From positions 1-64,000 of the forward strand of contig NIVC01002409.1 of assembly GCA_002269645.1 (NCBI GenBank): a DNA stretch of 64,000 nt, written 5' to 3'. Positions within the stretch are counted from its first letter, which is position 1; each line of letters starts with the position of its first letter. This document shows, in pieces, positions 13,036 to 25,005 of this stretch. The notes under the pieces were generated by a model. It did no database searches. It saw only the letters and a program-made list of their open reading frames with translations, and was not told the origin of the DNA. The position numbers and the translations under genes are program-made. Source of the stretch: Macrostomum lignano (Eukaryota).

Positions 13036-16000
13036 CCAGCAGTTTGGAGGCCCCCCAAGCAGTTCTCCGCAGTCCCATGAGCAACCCCACCGGGCCAGCT
13101 CTGGGGCCAGCGCCAACAGGCACAGCAATGCCCCCGGCGGCGCCTCCCGGAATGAGGCCTTCCTGATGGTGGGGCCGAACTTCAAGGTTGGCAAGAAGAT
13201 CGGCTCTGGTAACTTTGGCGAACTCCGGCTGGGCAAGAACATCTACAACAATGAGCACGTGGCCGTTAAACTGGAGCCGCTGAAGTCCAGGGCGCCGCAG
13301 CTGCATCTGGAGTTCCGCTTCTACAGCGAGCTGGGAACCAGCGAGGGAATCCCGCAGATTTTCTATTTTGGCCCGACACACAAGTACAATGCGCTGGTCA
13401 TGGAGCTGCTGGGGCCCTCGCTTGAGGATCTGTTTGACATCTGCGACAGGCACTTCAGTCTCAAGACTGTGCTCATGATTGCTGTACAACTGGTGAGTGC
13501 TCAAGACTGTGCTCATGGTTGCTGTACAACTGGTGAGTGCTCAAGACTGTGCTCATCATTGCTGTACAACTGGTGAGTGCTCAAGACTGTGCTCATGATT
13601 GCTGTACAACTAGTGAGTGCCCAAGACTGTACTGATGAGTGCTCAAGACTGCTCAATGCTTGCCGACTCGCCCTCAGCTGCACCGCATTGAGTACGTGCA
13701 CTCGCACCGTCTCATCTATCGCGACATCAAGCCGGAGAACTTCCTGATCGGGCGGCAGACCACCCGCAGACAGCACATCATCCACATTATCGATTTCGGT
13801 CTGGCCAAGGAGTACATTGACAAGGACACTGGCAAGCACATCCCGTACAGAGAGCACAAGAGCCTCACCGGCACTGCTCGGTACATGAGCATCAACACGC
13901 ATTTAGGCAAGGGTGAGTAGTTGCAGCTGACTCATAGAGTATCCTTTAAGATGTGGGTCAGCTGACCCATCGAGTATCCAATTCAGCTTGTGGGTCAGCT
14001 GACCCATCGAGTATCCAATTCAGCTTGTGGGTCAGCTGACCCATCGAGTATCCTTCAGTTTGCGGGTCAGCTGACCCATTGAGTATCCAATTCAGCTTGT
14101 GGGTCAGCTGACCCATCGAGTATCCAATTCAGCTTGTGGGTCAGCTGACCCATCGAGTATCCTTCAGTTTGCGGGTCAGCTGACCCATCGAGTATCCAAT
14201 TCAGTTTGTGGGTCAGCTGACCCATCGAGTATCCTTCAGTTTGTAGGTCAGCTGACTGATTTAGTATTATTCAGTGTACTGCAGGAGTTGATAACTTAAG
14301 AGTAAGTAATCTTCTCTCAACGGTAAAGCTGTTTCTAATTATCGAATGCTGATTAATACCCAGTCTGGCGTAATTCGGTGTCCCGCGGGAGCTCGCGAAT
14401 TCAATTCTCCTTTAGTAATTCTCCATCGCCCCCCTCCTGCCCAGAGCAATCCAGACGCGACGACCTGGAGGCTCTGGGCCACATGTTCATGTACTTCCTG
14501 CGCGGCAGCCTGCCCTGGCAGGGCCTCAAGGCCGACAACCTGAAGGAGCGCTACCAGAAAATTGGCGACACGAAACGGGCAACGCCTATTGAAGTGCTGT
14601 GCGAGGGTTTCCCCGGTGAGTGCCGAGTGTGACTGGAATCTAGTAATTATTAGGAATCTCCCATATCGTAGTGGCATTTTCCCAAAAGCTTCCTGATCCC
14701 AAATATCCTATCTGTCACTTCCCGATCCCAAGTATCCTATCTGTCAACTCCCGATCCCAAATATCCTATCTGTCACTTCCCGATCCCAAATATCCCATTT
14801 GTCACTTCCCGATCCCAAATATCCTATCTGTCACTTCCCGATCCCAAATATCCCATCCGTCAACTCCCGATCCCAAATATCCTATCTGTCAACTCCCGAT
14901 CCCAAATATCATATCTGTCAACTCCAGATCCCAAATATCCTATCTGTCAACTCCCGATCCCAAATATCCTATCTGTCACTTCCCGATCCCAAATATCCTA
15001 TCTGTCACTTCCCGATCCCAAATATCCTATCTGTCACTTCCCGATCCCAAATATCCTATCTGTCAACTCCCGATCCCAAATATCTTGTCTGTCAACTCCC
15101 GATCCCAAATATCCTATCTGTCACTTCCCGATCCCAAATATCCTATCTGTCACTTCCCGATCCCAAATATCCTATCTGTCAACTCCCGATCCCAAATATC
15201 CTATCTGTCACTTCCCGATCCCAAATATCCTATCTGTCACTTCCCGATCCCAAATATCCCATCTGTCAACTCCCGATCCCAAATTCCCCAAACGCCGCAG
15301 AGGAGCTGGCCAGCTACCTTCGGTACGTCCGCGGCCTGGACTTCTACCAGGACCCTGACTACGCCTTCCTGCGCTCGCTGTTCACTGAACTGATGGCCAA
15401 GAACGGCTGGTCCTGCGACTGGGACTTCGACTGGCTGTCCCGGCAGGAGCAGACCGTAAGCCCATGAGTCGATGAGCTCTCATAGCTACGACCTTTATAT
15501 GTTTGAGACGGCTTGTGCCTTGCCGAGGGAGATAAGCGAGCATGCCTATAGGGAGAATGCTTTATGGGCGAGAGAGAGAGAGTCTAAATTGGCGATGCGG
15601 AAAATCTGATGATTGATGCGCTTTACGGGACTTCTAAACTTCAGAAATCGTTTTCTTTAGAAATTGATTAGTGTTTATTTAAGCTACTTTTATAAGTAGA
15701 AATTTAGAAATTTTATCCTATTTATATTTATATTGTTCTGTTTTTCGGTCCCCGCAGGGCACCCCAGTCAGCGGCGGCGCGGATGCTGATGCGAAAGCCC
15801 GGCACGGGCCGTCCACTCAGAAAGTAAGCTGCCCAGCAGAGTACTCATTATTCCAGCTTTCCGCCCCTGGCATTCCAGCTTTCCACCCCTGGCATTCCAG
15901 CCTTCCGCCCCCTGGCATTCCAGCTTTCCGCCCCTGGCATTCCAGCCTTCCGGAGATTCACTCTGATCTCTGGAGAATTCACCTCTAAATTCACTCTGAT

Positions 16001-19000
16001 CTCTGGAGAATTCACCTCTAAATTCACCCTGATCTCCGAAAAGTTCACCTCTAAATTCACCCTGATCTCTGGAGAATTCACCTCTAAATTCACCCTGATC
16101 TCTGGAGAATTCACCTCTAAATTCACCCTGATCTCTGGAGAATTCACCTCTAAATTCACCCTGATCTCTGGAGAATTCACCTCTAAATTCACCCTGATCT
16201 CTGGAGAATTCACCTCTAAATTCACCCTGATCTCTGGAGAATTCACCTCTAAATTCACCCTGATCTCTGGAGAATTCACCTCTAAATTCACCCTGATCTC
16301 TGGAGAATTCACCTCTAAATTCACTCTGATCTCCGGAGAATTCACCTCTAAATTCACCCTGATCTCTGGAGAATTCACCTCTAAATTCACTCTGATCTCT
16401 GGAGAATTCACCTCTAAATTCACCCTGATCTCTGGAGAATTCACCTCTAAATTCACCCTGATCTCTGGAGAATTCACCTCTAAATTCACTCTGATCTCTG
16501 GAGAATTCACCTCTAAATTCACTCTGATCTCTGGAGAATTCACCTCTAAATTCACTCTGATCTCTGGAGAATTCACCTCTAAATTCACCCTGATCTCTGG
16601 AGAATTCACCTCTAAATTCACCCTGATCTCTGGAGAATTCACCTCTAAATTCACCCTGATCTCTGGAGAATTCACCTCTAAATTCACTCTGATCTCTGGA
16701 GAATTCACCTCTAAATTCACCCTGATCTCTGGAGAATTCACCTCTAAATTCACCCTGATCTCTGGAGAATTCACCTCTAAATTCACCCTGATCTCTGGAG
16801 AATTCACCTCTAAATTCACCCTGATCTCTGGAGAATTCACCTCTAAATTCACTCTGATCTCCGGAGAATTCACCTCTAAATTCACCCTGATCTCTGGAGA
16901 ATTCACCTCTAAATTCACCCTGATCTCTGGAGAATTCACCTCTAAATTCACCCTGATCTCTGGAGAATTCACCTCTAAATTCTCACTCTGATCTCCGGAG
17001 AATTCACCTCTAAATTCACCCTGATCTCTGGAGAATTCACCTCTAAATTCACTCTGATTTCCGGAGAATTCACCTCTAAATTCTCACCCTGATCTCTGGA
17101 GAATTCACCTCTAAATTCTCACTCTGATCTCCGGAGAATTCACCTCTAAATTCTCACTCTGATCTCCGGAGAATTCACCTCTAAATTCTCACCCTGATCT
17201 CTGGAGAATTCACCTCTAAATTCTCACTCTGATCTCCGGAGAATTCACCTCTAAATTCTCACTCTGATCTCCGGAGAATTCACCTCTAAATTCTCACCCT
17301 GATCTCTGGAGAATTCACCTCTAAATTCACCCTGATCTCCGGAGAATTCACCTCTAAATTCACTCTGATCTCCGGAGAATTCACCTCTAAATTCTCACTC
17401 TGATCTCCGGAGAATTCACCTCTAAATTCTCACTCTGATCTCCGGAGAATTCACCTCTAAATTCACCCTGATCTCTGGAGAATTCACCTCTAAATTCACC
17501 CTGATCTCTGGAGAATTCACCTCTAAATTCACTCTGATCTCCGGAGAATTCACCTCTAAATTCACTCTGATCTCTGGAGAATTCACCTCTAAATTCTCAC
17601 TCTGATCTCCGGAGAATTCACCTCTAAATTCACTCTGATTTCCGGAGAATTCACCTCTAAATTCACCCTGATCTCTGGAGAATTCACCTCTAAATTCACT
17701 CTGATCTCCGGAGAATTCACCTCTAAATTCTCACTCTGATCTCCGGAGAATTCACCTCTAAATTCTCACTCTGATCTCCGGAGAATTCACCTCTAAATTC
17801 TCACTCTGATCTCCGGAGAATTCACCTCTAAATTCACTCTGATCTCCGGAGAATTCACCTCTAAATTCACTCTGATCTCTGGAGAATTCACCTCTAAATT
17901 CACCCTGATCTCTGGAGAATTCACCTCTAAGCTCACCCTGAACTCAGCTCATACAAAGCCGCAAGAGGCTGTCAGCGGCGCAGCATTTACCTGAGCCCCC
18001 CGTCCCCATTGCCGCAAGCAGCAGCCCGAGACCCCGCACCGGTTCCGCGATCGAACCACTCGCTACCAGCGGGAGGTTGATCACAATCGAGCTTTCGAAT
18101 GCAGCGCCGAAACGGACAGGATGGTACTCTGATGGAGTAAAGCTGCCTACTTAGTAGATTTAGACTAGCATGTCCGCTATGAGCTACTGATGACTAATTT
18201 CAGTAGAGTAATGCGCATTTAATTGCTTTTAAATTCTTTTCGATTGATTATTCGGTTGCCTAAGCAATGTTATGCAGCTACTCTGATTGAGCACACGCCC
18301 TCTGCTCAACCATCAGCTGACCAGCCTCAATAACCAGGCGGCCAGACTCACCGCCGAGTGCGTTGCCAATAGAAACAATTTAAACAAAAGAACCTGCGGC
18401 AGCCTCTCTGCTGAGCGGCCAGTCGCCTCCGTGCGCGTGATTGCTTTTATTGATTCCACAGAGTTCCTGTTTATTATAAGCTTTTTTGTTTCGGTTTGGT
18501 TCTGACTGATGTTTGGACTTGCTGGACCAGCCTCCCAGATCGTCAGTTGCCAGACCAGCCTCCCAGATCCTCAGTTGCCGGGCCAGCCTCCCAGATCCTC
18601 AGTTGCCGGGCCAGCCTCCCAGATCCTCAGTTGCCGGGCCAGCCTCCCAGATCCTCAGTTGCCGGGCCAGCCTCCCAGATCCTCAGTTGCCGGGCCAGCC
18701 TCCCAGATCCTCAGTTACTATGCCAGCCTCCCAGATCCTCAGTTGCTATGTCAGCCTCCCAGATCCTCAGTTGCTATGTCAGCCTCCCAGATCCTCAGTT
18801 GCTATGCCAGCCTCCCAGATCCTCAGTTACTATGCCAGCCTCCCAGATCCTCAGTTGCCGGGCCAGCCGGTCAGATCCGCCGCTATTTCCCCCCATCCTA
18901 TTGATTGTCCAGTGGCTGCTGGTTGCCCGCTCCCATAGCTACAACTGAGTTGCTATCTCACGATCCTAAAAGGCCATTCAATTCAATCGCGTGACCCCTT

Positions 19001-19271
19001 CCGCCCCCAGGTGATCAGTTCCATGGCCTTCGACCAGGTGGGCGGCGGAGACGCGGCAGGCGCCGGCCAGACGTCCCGCCAGCCAATCGCGGCGGCCGGC
19101 GCCGACGCCGGAGGCGATCAGGAGGCCGACGAGGTGGGCAGCGGCGAGGCGAAGTGCTGCTTCTTCAGGCGGCGACGCAGGGCTGGGAAGAAGGCGCAAG
19201 AGCAGCAGCAGCAGCGCGCGGCGGCTGGCAAAAGCCGGGCTGATCAGCATTTGCACGCGCCGCTCGCGTAG
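13036..19271 (+). CDS. CSNK1G: Casein kinase 1 gamma (gilgamesh-like), multi-exon; start codon unresolved
   Basis: Exons ~13036/13040-13492, 13678-13912, 14445-14615, 15301-15455, 15758-15823, tentative 18022-18075, 19011-19271. Motifs [76 protein letters not shown], and the CK1-gamma-specific C-terminal [10 protein letters not shown]. Phases are consistent across GT-AG junctions. Confidence 0.95.
13461..13620 (+). repeat. 40-bp tandem repeat x4 duplicating the exon end plus 5' splice site
   Basis: TCAAGACTGTGCTCATGATTGCTGTACAACTG|GTGAGTGC at 13461, 13501, 13541 and 13581. Confidence 0.95.
13925..14255. repeat. Intronic minisatellite, 35/37-bp units
   Basis: GGTCAGCTGACCCATCGAGTATCC(AATTCAGCTTGTG/TTCAGTTTGCG) repeated, starting just after the donor at 13913. 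Confidence 0.9.
14690..15285. repeat. Intronic minisatellite, 29-bp unit (~20 copies)
   Basis: CCCGATCCCAAATATCCTATCTGTCA(CTT/ACT), running up to the acceptor at 15300. Confidence 0.95.
15850..15950. repeat. Intronic 22-bp tandem repeat (~4.5 copies)
   Basis: CCAGCTTTCCGCCCCTGGCATT repeated. Confidence 0.9.
15958..17935. repeat. 2-kb intronic minisatellite, 33-bp unit with 35-bp variants (~60 copies)
   Basis: CACCCTGATCTCTGGAGAATTCACCTCTAAATT. It explains the ([11 protein letters not shown])n ORF at 15848-16972. Confidence 0.95.
18520..18870. repeat. Intronic 28-bp tandem repeat
   Basis: GCCAGCCTCCCAGATCCTCAGTTGCCGG repeated ~12 times. Confidence 0.9.
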
Positions 19272-19449
19272 CGCCGCCGTAGAGGGCGCGCGTCACAGGC
19301 GCTTCGGTCTGCTGTTTTTTGGCGAAACTCAGAATTTTCCTTTTTCATTTTCTTGGTTCGCATTCGCCTACTTCAAGTAGGCAAGTTTGGGACTCCAGCG
19401 TGTACTGGGGGTAGAATTTGATAAAATGCTGCAGATTGGCTATTAGTTT

Positions 19450-19680
19450 CATCAGTATTGACAGATTGGCAGATTGGCAGGTAGTTTTGAGTATTGGCAG
19501 ATTGGCAGGTAGTTTTGAGTATTGGCAGATTGGCAGGTAGTTTTGAGTATTGGCAGATTGGCAGGTAGTTTTGAGTATTGGCAGATTGGCTAGCAGTTTC
19601 ATGAGTATTGGCAGATTGGCTAGCAGTTTCATGAGTATTGGCAGATTGGCTGGTAGTTTCATGAATATTGGCAGAGGATC
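19450..19680. repeat. 28/30-bp tandem repeat
   Basis: GTAGTTTTGAGTATTGGCAGATTGGCAG and variants. Confidence 0.9.
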
Positions 19681-19839
19681 GGCCCGCAAGCTCAGCTATT
19701 TTACCTCGCTGAAACTAAAGGCTCAGGCCGTTTATAATTTATAATTTATAACTTTTTTTTACATTCGCTCCCTGCGAGCTGGTTGGTGTCCACCGCGGGC
19801 TCCGCATATTCCATGCTTTTCAGCGTGTGCGGTTAATGC

Positions 19840-20930
19840 GACTGCCGCTTACTTTTATTGGAGACAAAACCCAATATTGTATAACTCACTGCCCCGCCGC
19901 TGCAGCTTCTGCGACTGCCGCTTACTTTTATTGGAGACAAAACCCAATATTGTATAACTCACTGCCCCGCCGCTGCAGCTTCTGCGACTGCCGCTTACTT
20001 TTATTGGAGACAAAACCCAATATTGTATAACTCACTGCCCCGCCGCTGCAGCTTCTGCGACTGCCGCTTACTTTTATTGGAGACAAAACCCAATATTGTA
20101 ACTCACTGCCCCGCCGCTGCAGCTTCTGCGACTGCCGCTTACTTTTATTGGAGACAAAACCCAATATTGTATAACTCACTGCCCCGCCGCTGCAGCTTCT
20201 GCGACTGCCGCTTACTTTTATTGGAGACAAAACCCAATATTGTATAACTCACTGCCCCGCCGCTGCAGCTTCTGCGACTGCCGCTTACTTTTATTGGAGA
20301 CAAAACCCAATATTGTAACTCACTGCCCCGCCGCTGCAGCTTCTGCGACTGCCGCTTACTTTTATTGGAGACAAAACCCAATATTGTATAACTCACTGCC
20401 CCGCCGCTGCAGCTTCTGCGACTGCCGCTTACTTTTATTGGAGACAAAACCCAATATTGTAACTCACTGCCCCGCCGCTGCAGCTTCTGCGACTGCCGCT
20501 TACTTTTATTGGAGACAAAACCCAATATTGTATAACTCACTGCCCCGCCGCTGCAGCTTCTGCGACTGCCGCTTACTTTTATTGGAGACAAAACCCAATA
20601 TTGTAACTCACTGCCCCGCCGCTGCAGCTTCTGCGACTGCCGCTTACTTTTATTGGAGACAAAACCCAATATTGTATAACTCACTGCCCCGCCGCTGCAG
20701 CTTCTGCGACTGCCGCTTACTTTTATTGGAGACAAAACCCAATATTGTAACTCACTGCCCCGCCGCTGCAGCTTCTGCGACTGCCGCTTACTTTTATTGG
20801 AGACAAAACCCAATATTGTAACTCACTGCCCCGCCGCTGCAGCTTCTGCGACTGCCGCTTACTTTTATTGGAGACAAAACCCAATATTGTAACTCACTGC
20901 CCCGCCGCTGCAGCTTCTGCGACTGCCGCT
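19840..20930. repeat. 71/73-bp minisatellite with alternating (144-bp dimer) organisation
   Basis: (TA)TAACTCACTGCCCCGCCGCTGCAGCTTCTGCGACTGCCGCTTACTTTTATTGGAGACAAAACCCAATATTG, ~15 copies. Confidence 0.95.
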
Positions 20931-21114
20931 TTTGCTTTGCTTTGCAAATTTCTGCCGTTTTTGTTATTTTTATCTACTGTAGCTTCCGCCATGCGATGGT
21001 CTGAGGGGTCGAGTGGGAAGATTCTGGCCTGCCAAAATTTCATATTGGAGGCCTCTCAATCATAGTATCGGCGCCTAGTAGTCACGCATTTGTGGTAGGC
21101 TTTGAGGACTACTC

Positions 21115-21480
21115 AGGGTAGATTTTGGAACTACTTGGGGTAGATTCTGGGACTATTTAGGGTAGATTCTGGGACTACTTGGGTGGATTCTGGGACTACT
21201 TAGGGTAGATTCTGGGACTACTTGGGTGGATTCTGGGACTACTTAGGGTAGATTCTGGGACTATTTAGGGTAGATTCTGGGACTATTTAGGGTAGATTCT
21301 GGGACTACTTAGGGTAGATTCTGGGACTATTTAGGGTAGATTCTGGGACTATTTAGGGTAGATTCTGGGACTACTTGGGGTAGATTCTGGGACTACCTAG
21401 GGTAGATTCTGGGACTACTTAGGGTAGATTCTGGGACTACTTGGTGTAGATTCTGGGCCTGCTTAGGGTAGATTCGGAGA
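21115..21480. repeat. 22-bp tandem repeat
   Basis: GGGTAGATTCTGGGACTACTTA, ~16 copies. Confidence 0.9.
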
Positions 21481-21818
21481 CTACTCAGAGTGGGTTAAAA
21501 ATCAGCGTTCCCCCTACTCGATCCCCTGGCCATTCCTCAGACATGAATCCGTACGCGGAGACAGACATGGCTTACACAGAGTTCAAAGTATTTGACAACT
21601 GCATAAATGTACTTTAGCCGGCCGCATCGGACCAAAATGAGAGCCTCTTGGCTCTGCAGCTGCAGACGCCAGTTCAAGCTGGGCGTTGCCTGCCGCTGTA
21701 TTGCATAACGAACTTGATGTCTCCAGATTCCAATTGCGCGGTTTTTTTATCACTTTTGTGTTTGTAACTAATTTTGCTTCCAGTTTTTATCCTTGTGCTC
21801 ATTATTATCGGAATTATA

Positions 21819-22696
21819 GTCGGCATTGAGCCCGGGTGAGACTCTCAGCTCCCAGTACTGTGAGACTGTCGGCATTGAGCCCAGGTGAGACTCTCAGCTC
21901 CCAGTACTGTGAGATTGTCGGCATTGAGCCCGGGTGAGACTCTCAGCTCCCAGTACTGTGAGATTGTCGGCATTGAGCCCGGGTGAGACTCTCAGCTCCC
22001 AGTACTGTGAGACTGTCGGCATTGAGCCCGGGAGGGACTCTCAGCTCCCAGTACTGTGAGACTGTCGGCATTGAGCCCGGGAGGGACTCTCAGCTCCCAG
22101 TACTGTGAGACTGTCGGCATTGAGCCCGGGAGGGACTCTCAGCTCCCAGTACTGTGAGACTGTCGGCATTGAGCCCAGGTGAGACTCTCAGCTCCCAGTA
22201 CTGTGAGACGTCGGCATTGAGCCCGGGTGAGACTCTCAGCTCCCAGTACTGTGAGATTGTCGGCATTGAGCCCGGGTGAGACTCTCAGCTCCCAGTACTG
22301 TGAGATTGTCGGCATTGAGCCCGGGTGAGACTCTCAGCTCCCAGTACTGTGAGATTGTCGGCATTGAGCCCGGGTGAGACTCTCAGCTCCCAGTACTGTG
22401 AGATTGTCGGCATTGAGCCCGGGTGAGACTCTCAGCTCCCAGTACTGTGAGATTGTCGGCATTGAGCCCGGGTGAGACTCTCAGCTCCCAGTACTGTGAG
22501 ATTGTCGGCATTGAGCCCGGGTGGGACTCTCAGCTTCCAGTACTGTGAGATTGTCGGCATTGAGCCCGGGTGAGACTCTCAGCTCCCAGTACTGTGAGAT
22601 TGTCGGCATTGAGCCCGGGTGGGACTCTCAGCTCCCAGTACTGTGAGATTGTCGGCATTGAGCCCGGGTGGGACTCTCAGCTCCCAGTACTGTGTG
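21819..22696 (+). repeat. 49-bp tandem repeat (~18 copies) containing a donor-like GG|GTGAGA
   Basis: GTCGGCATTGAGCCCGGGTGAGACTCTCAGCTCCCAGTACTGTGAGATT. Confidence 0.95.
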
Positions 22697-22995
22697 ATTG
22701 CTCGGTGACAACATTTTTTAACTCAATCATTTTAGCGTCACCAGTCTTAGTCTGTGAATTCAGTTTTACACCAATTAAACTGCCATTTTTACCTGTTCAA
22801 AGTCGATAATAAAAGATTATAATTTTTAGAATCGCACGCGCGCATATCAGTAGTATGTGAGCGAATTGAAAATGCTTTGTATTACAAATAAATTCATTTA
22901 TTTATCAGTTTCTTGGCAGCCTGCGCGGAGGCAGATTTTCTAATTACTGCAACTGAAGTTCGTGCGGCTTATTTCACCACCTGATTTGCTGACTT

Positions 22996-24410
22996 GAGTG
23001 AGTGCCAGTGTGTGCAGGAGTGATTTCCACTGTGTGCAGGAGTGGGTGCCAGTGTGTGCAGGAGTGGGTGCCAGTGTGTGCAGGAGTGATTTCCACTGTG
23101 TGCAGGAGTGGGTGCCAGTGTGTGTAGGAGTGGGTGCCAGTGTGTGCAGGAGTGATTTCCACTGTGTGCAGGAGTGGGTGCCAGTGTGTGCAGGAGTGGG
23201 TGCCAGTGTGTGCAGGAGTGGGTGCCAGTGTGTGCAGGAGTGGGTGCCAGTGTGTGCAGGAGTGGGTGCCAGTGTGTGCAGGAGTGATTTCCACTGTGTG
23301 CAGGAGTGATTTCCACTGTGTGCAGGATTGGGTACCAGTGTGTGCAGGAGTGAGTGCCAGTGTGTGCAGGAGTGATTTCCACTGTGTGCAGGAGTGGGTG
23401 CCAGTGTGTGCAGGAGTGGGTGCCAGTGTGTGCAGGAGTGGGTGCCAGTGTGTGCAGGAGTGGGTGCCAGTGTGTGCAGGAGTGATTTCCACTGTGTGCA
23501 GGAGTGATTTCCACTGTGTGCAGGATTGGGTACCAGTGTGTGCAGGAGTGAGTGCCAGTGTGTGCAGGAGTGATTTCCACTGTGTGCAGGAGTGGGTGCC
23601 AGTGTGTGTAGGAGTGGGTGCCAGTGTGTGCAGGAGTGATTTCCACTGTGTGCAGGAGTGATTTCCACTGTGTGCAGGAGTGATTTCCACTGTGTGCAGG
23701 AGTGGGTGCCAGTGTGTGCAGGAGTGGGTGCCACTGTGTGCAGGAGTGGGTGCCAGTGTGTGCAGGAGTGATTTCCACTGTGTGCAGGAGTGATTTCCAC
23801 TGTGTGCAGGAGTGATTTCCACTGTGTGCAGGAGTGGGTGCCAGTGTGTGCAGGAGTGAGTGCCAGTGTGTGCAGGAGTGAGTGCCAGTGTGTGCAGGAG
23901 TGAGTGCCAGTGTGTGCAGGAGTGGGTGCCAATGTGTGCAGGATTGGGTACCAGTGTGTGCAGGAGTGAGTGCCAGTGTGTGCAGGAGTGAGTGCCAGTG
24001 TGTGCAGGAGTGAGTGCCAGTGTGTGCAGGAGTGAGTGCCAGTGTCGGCAGGAGTGGGTGCCACTGTGTGCAGGAGTGGGTGCCACTGTGTGCAGGATTG
24101 GGTGCCAGTGTGTGCAGGAGTGAGTGCCAGTGTGTGCAGGATTAGGTACCAGTGTGTGCAGGAGTGAGTGCCAGTGTGTGCAGGAGTGGGTGCCAGTGTG
24201 TGCAGGAGTGAGTGCCAGTGTGTGCAGGAGTGAGTGCCAGTGTGTGCAGGAGTGAGTGCCAGTGTGTGCAAGAGTGAGTGCCAAATGTGTGCAGGAGTGA
24301 GTGCCAGTGTGTGCAGGAGTGAGTGCCAGTGTGTGCAGGAGTGGGTGCCAGTGTGTGCAGGAGTGAGTGCCAGTGTGTGCAGGAGTGAGTGCCAGTGTGT
24401 GCAGCAGGTG
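22996..24410. repeat. 22-bp minisatellite (~64 copies, several variants)
   Basis: GTG(A/G)GTGCCAGTGTGTGCAGGA and GTGATTTCCACTGTGTGCAGGA. It explains the His/Thr-rich minus-strand ORFs. Confidence 0.95.
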
Positions 24411-25005
24411 TGCCTGAATTGTCAGCCTGCACACACTGACACATTGTGTCAGTCAGTGGGACAAAAGTCAGTTTGAGCTGGTCTGCTAATCAACTACTAA
24501 TTTTTCATTACACAGTTTCTGGTGGCTAATAAATTTGTTACAGTAATTTCACCAGCTTGTAAGAGTGGATTGGGGTGCATCACAATGCAATGTTAAGTAG
24601 TTGATTTTCGTCTTTGTACGCTCGTGGCTGCCTCAACAGGTCGGGCAAAAGGCGATTTGCTCCTACAGTATGGGAAATCTCAGACTGCAAGGTAGGTCTC
24701 GCCAGTCGGCCTCTCCCATTTAAAAATTATCGATTTTCGATCCTCCCCGCTCTCACCCTGACTGGCATGACTGCCTCCCGGGGGGGGGGGGAGCTGCTGA
24801 GTGTTCTGGGGTTGGCAGCCTTTGGAAAGGAGTAGCGGAGCGGTGGCTCCAATATGCCAGACTGTGCGACTCCCGCAGCGTATTAGGGAGTGAACTATTC
24901 CCTTAGGAAGCCACTGGTAATCCCGTCTGCTCAATGGGCGTCGCCTTAGCTGTGATTGAATTCTGAACTGCCAGGATCTGAGCCGCTGTCAGCAGCAGGC
25001 GCCAG

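Noticed and set aside
15848-16972. 374-aa ORF ([11 protein letters not shown])n
   Set aside because: Translation of a 33-bp intronic array on the antisense strand of CK1-gamma; it is open only because the unit is a multiple of 3.
19840-22696. CRISPR-like appearance of regular arrays
   Set aside because: The units are contiguous with no unique spacers, there are no cas genes, and the context is eukaryotic.
22940-24434. His/Thr-rich ORFs of 270-490 aa
   Set aside because: All three minus frames are open across a 22-bp satellite, with no unique coding sequence.
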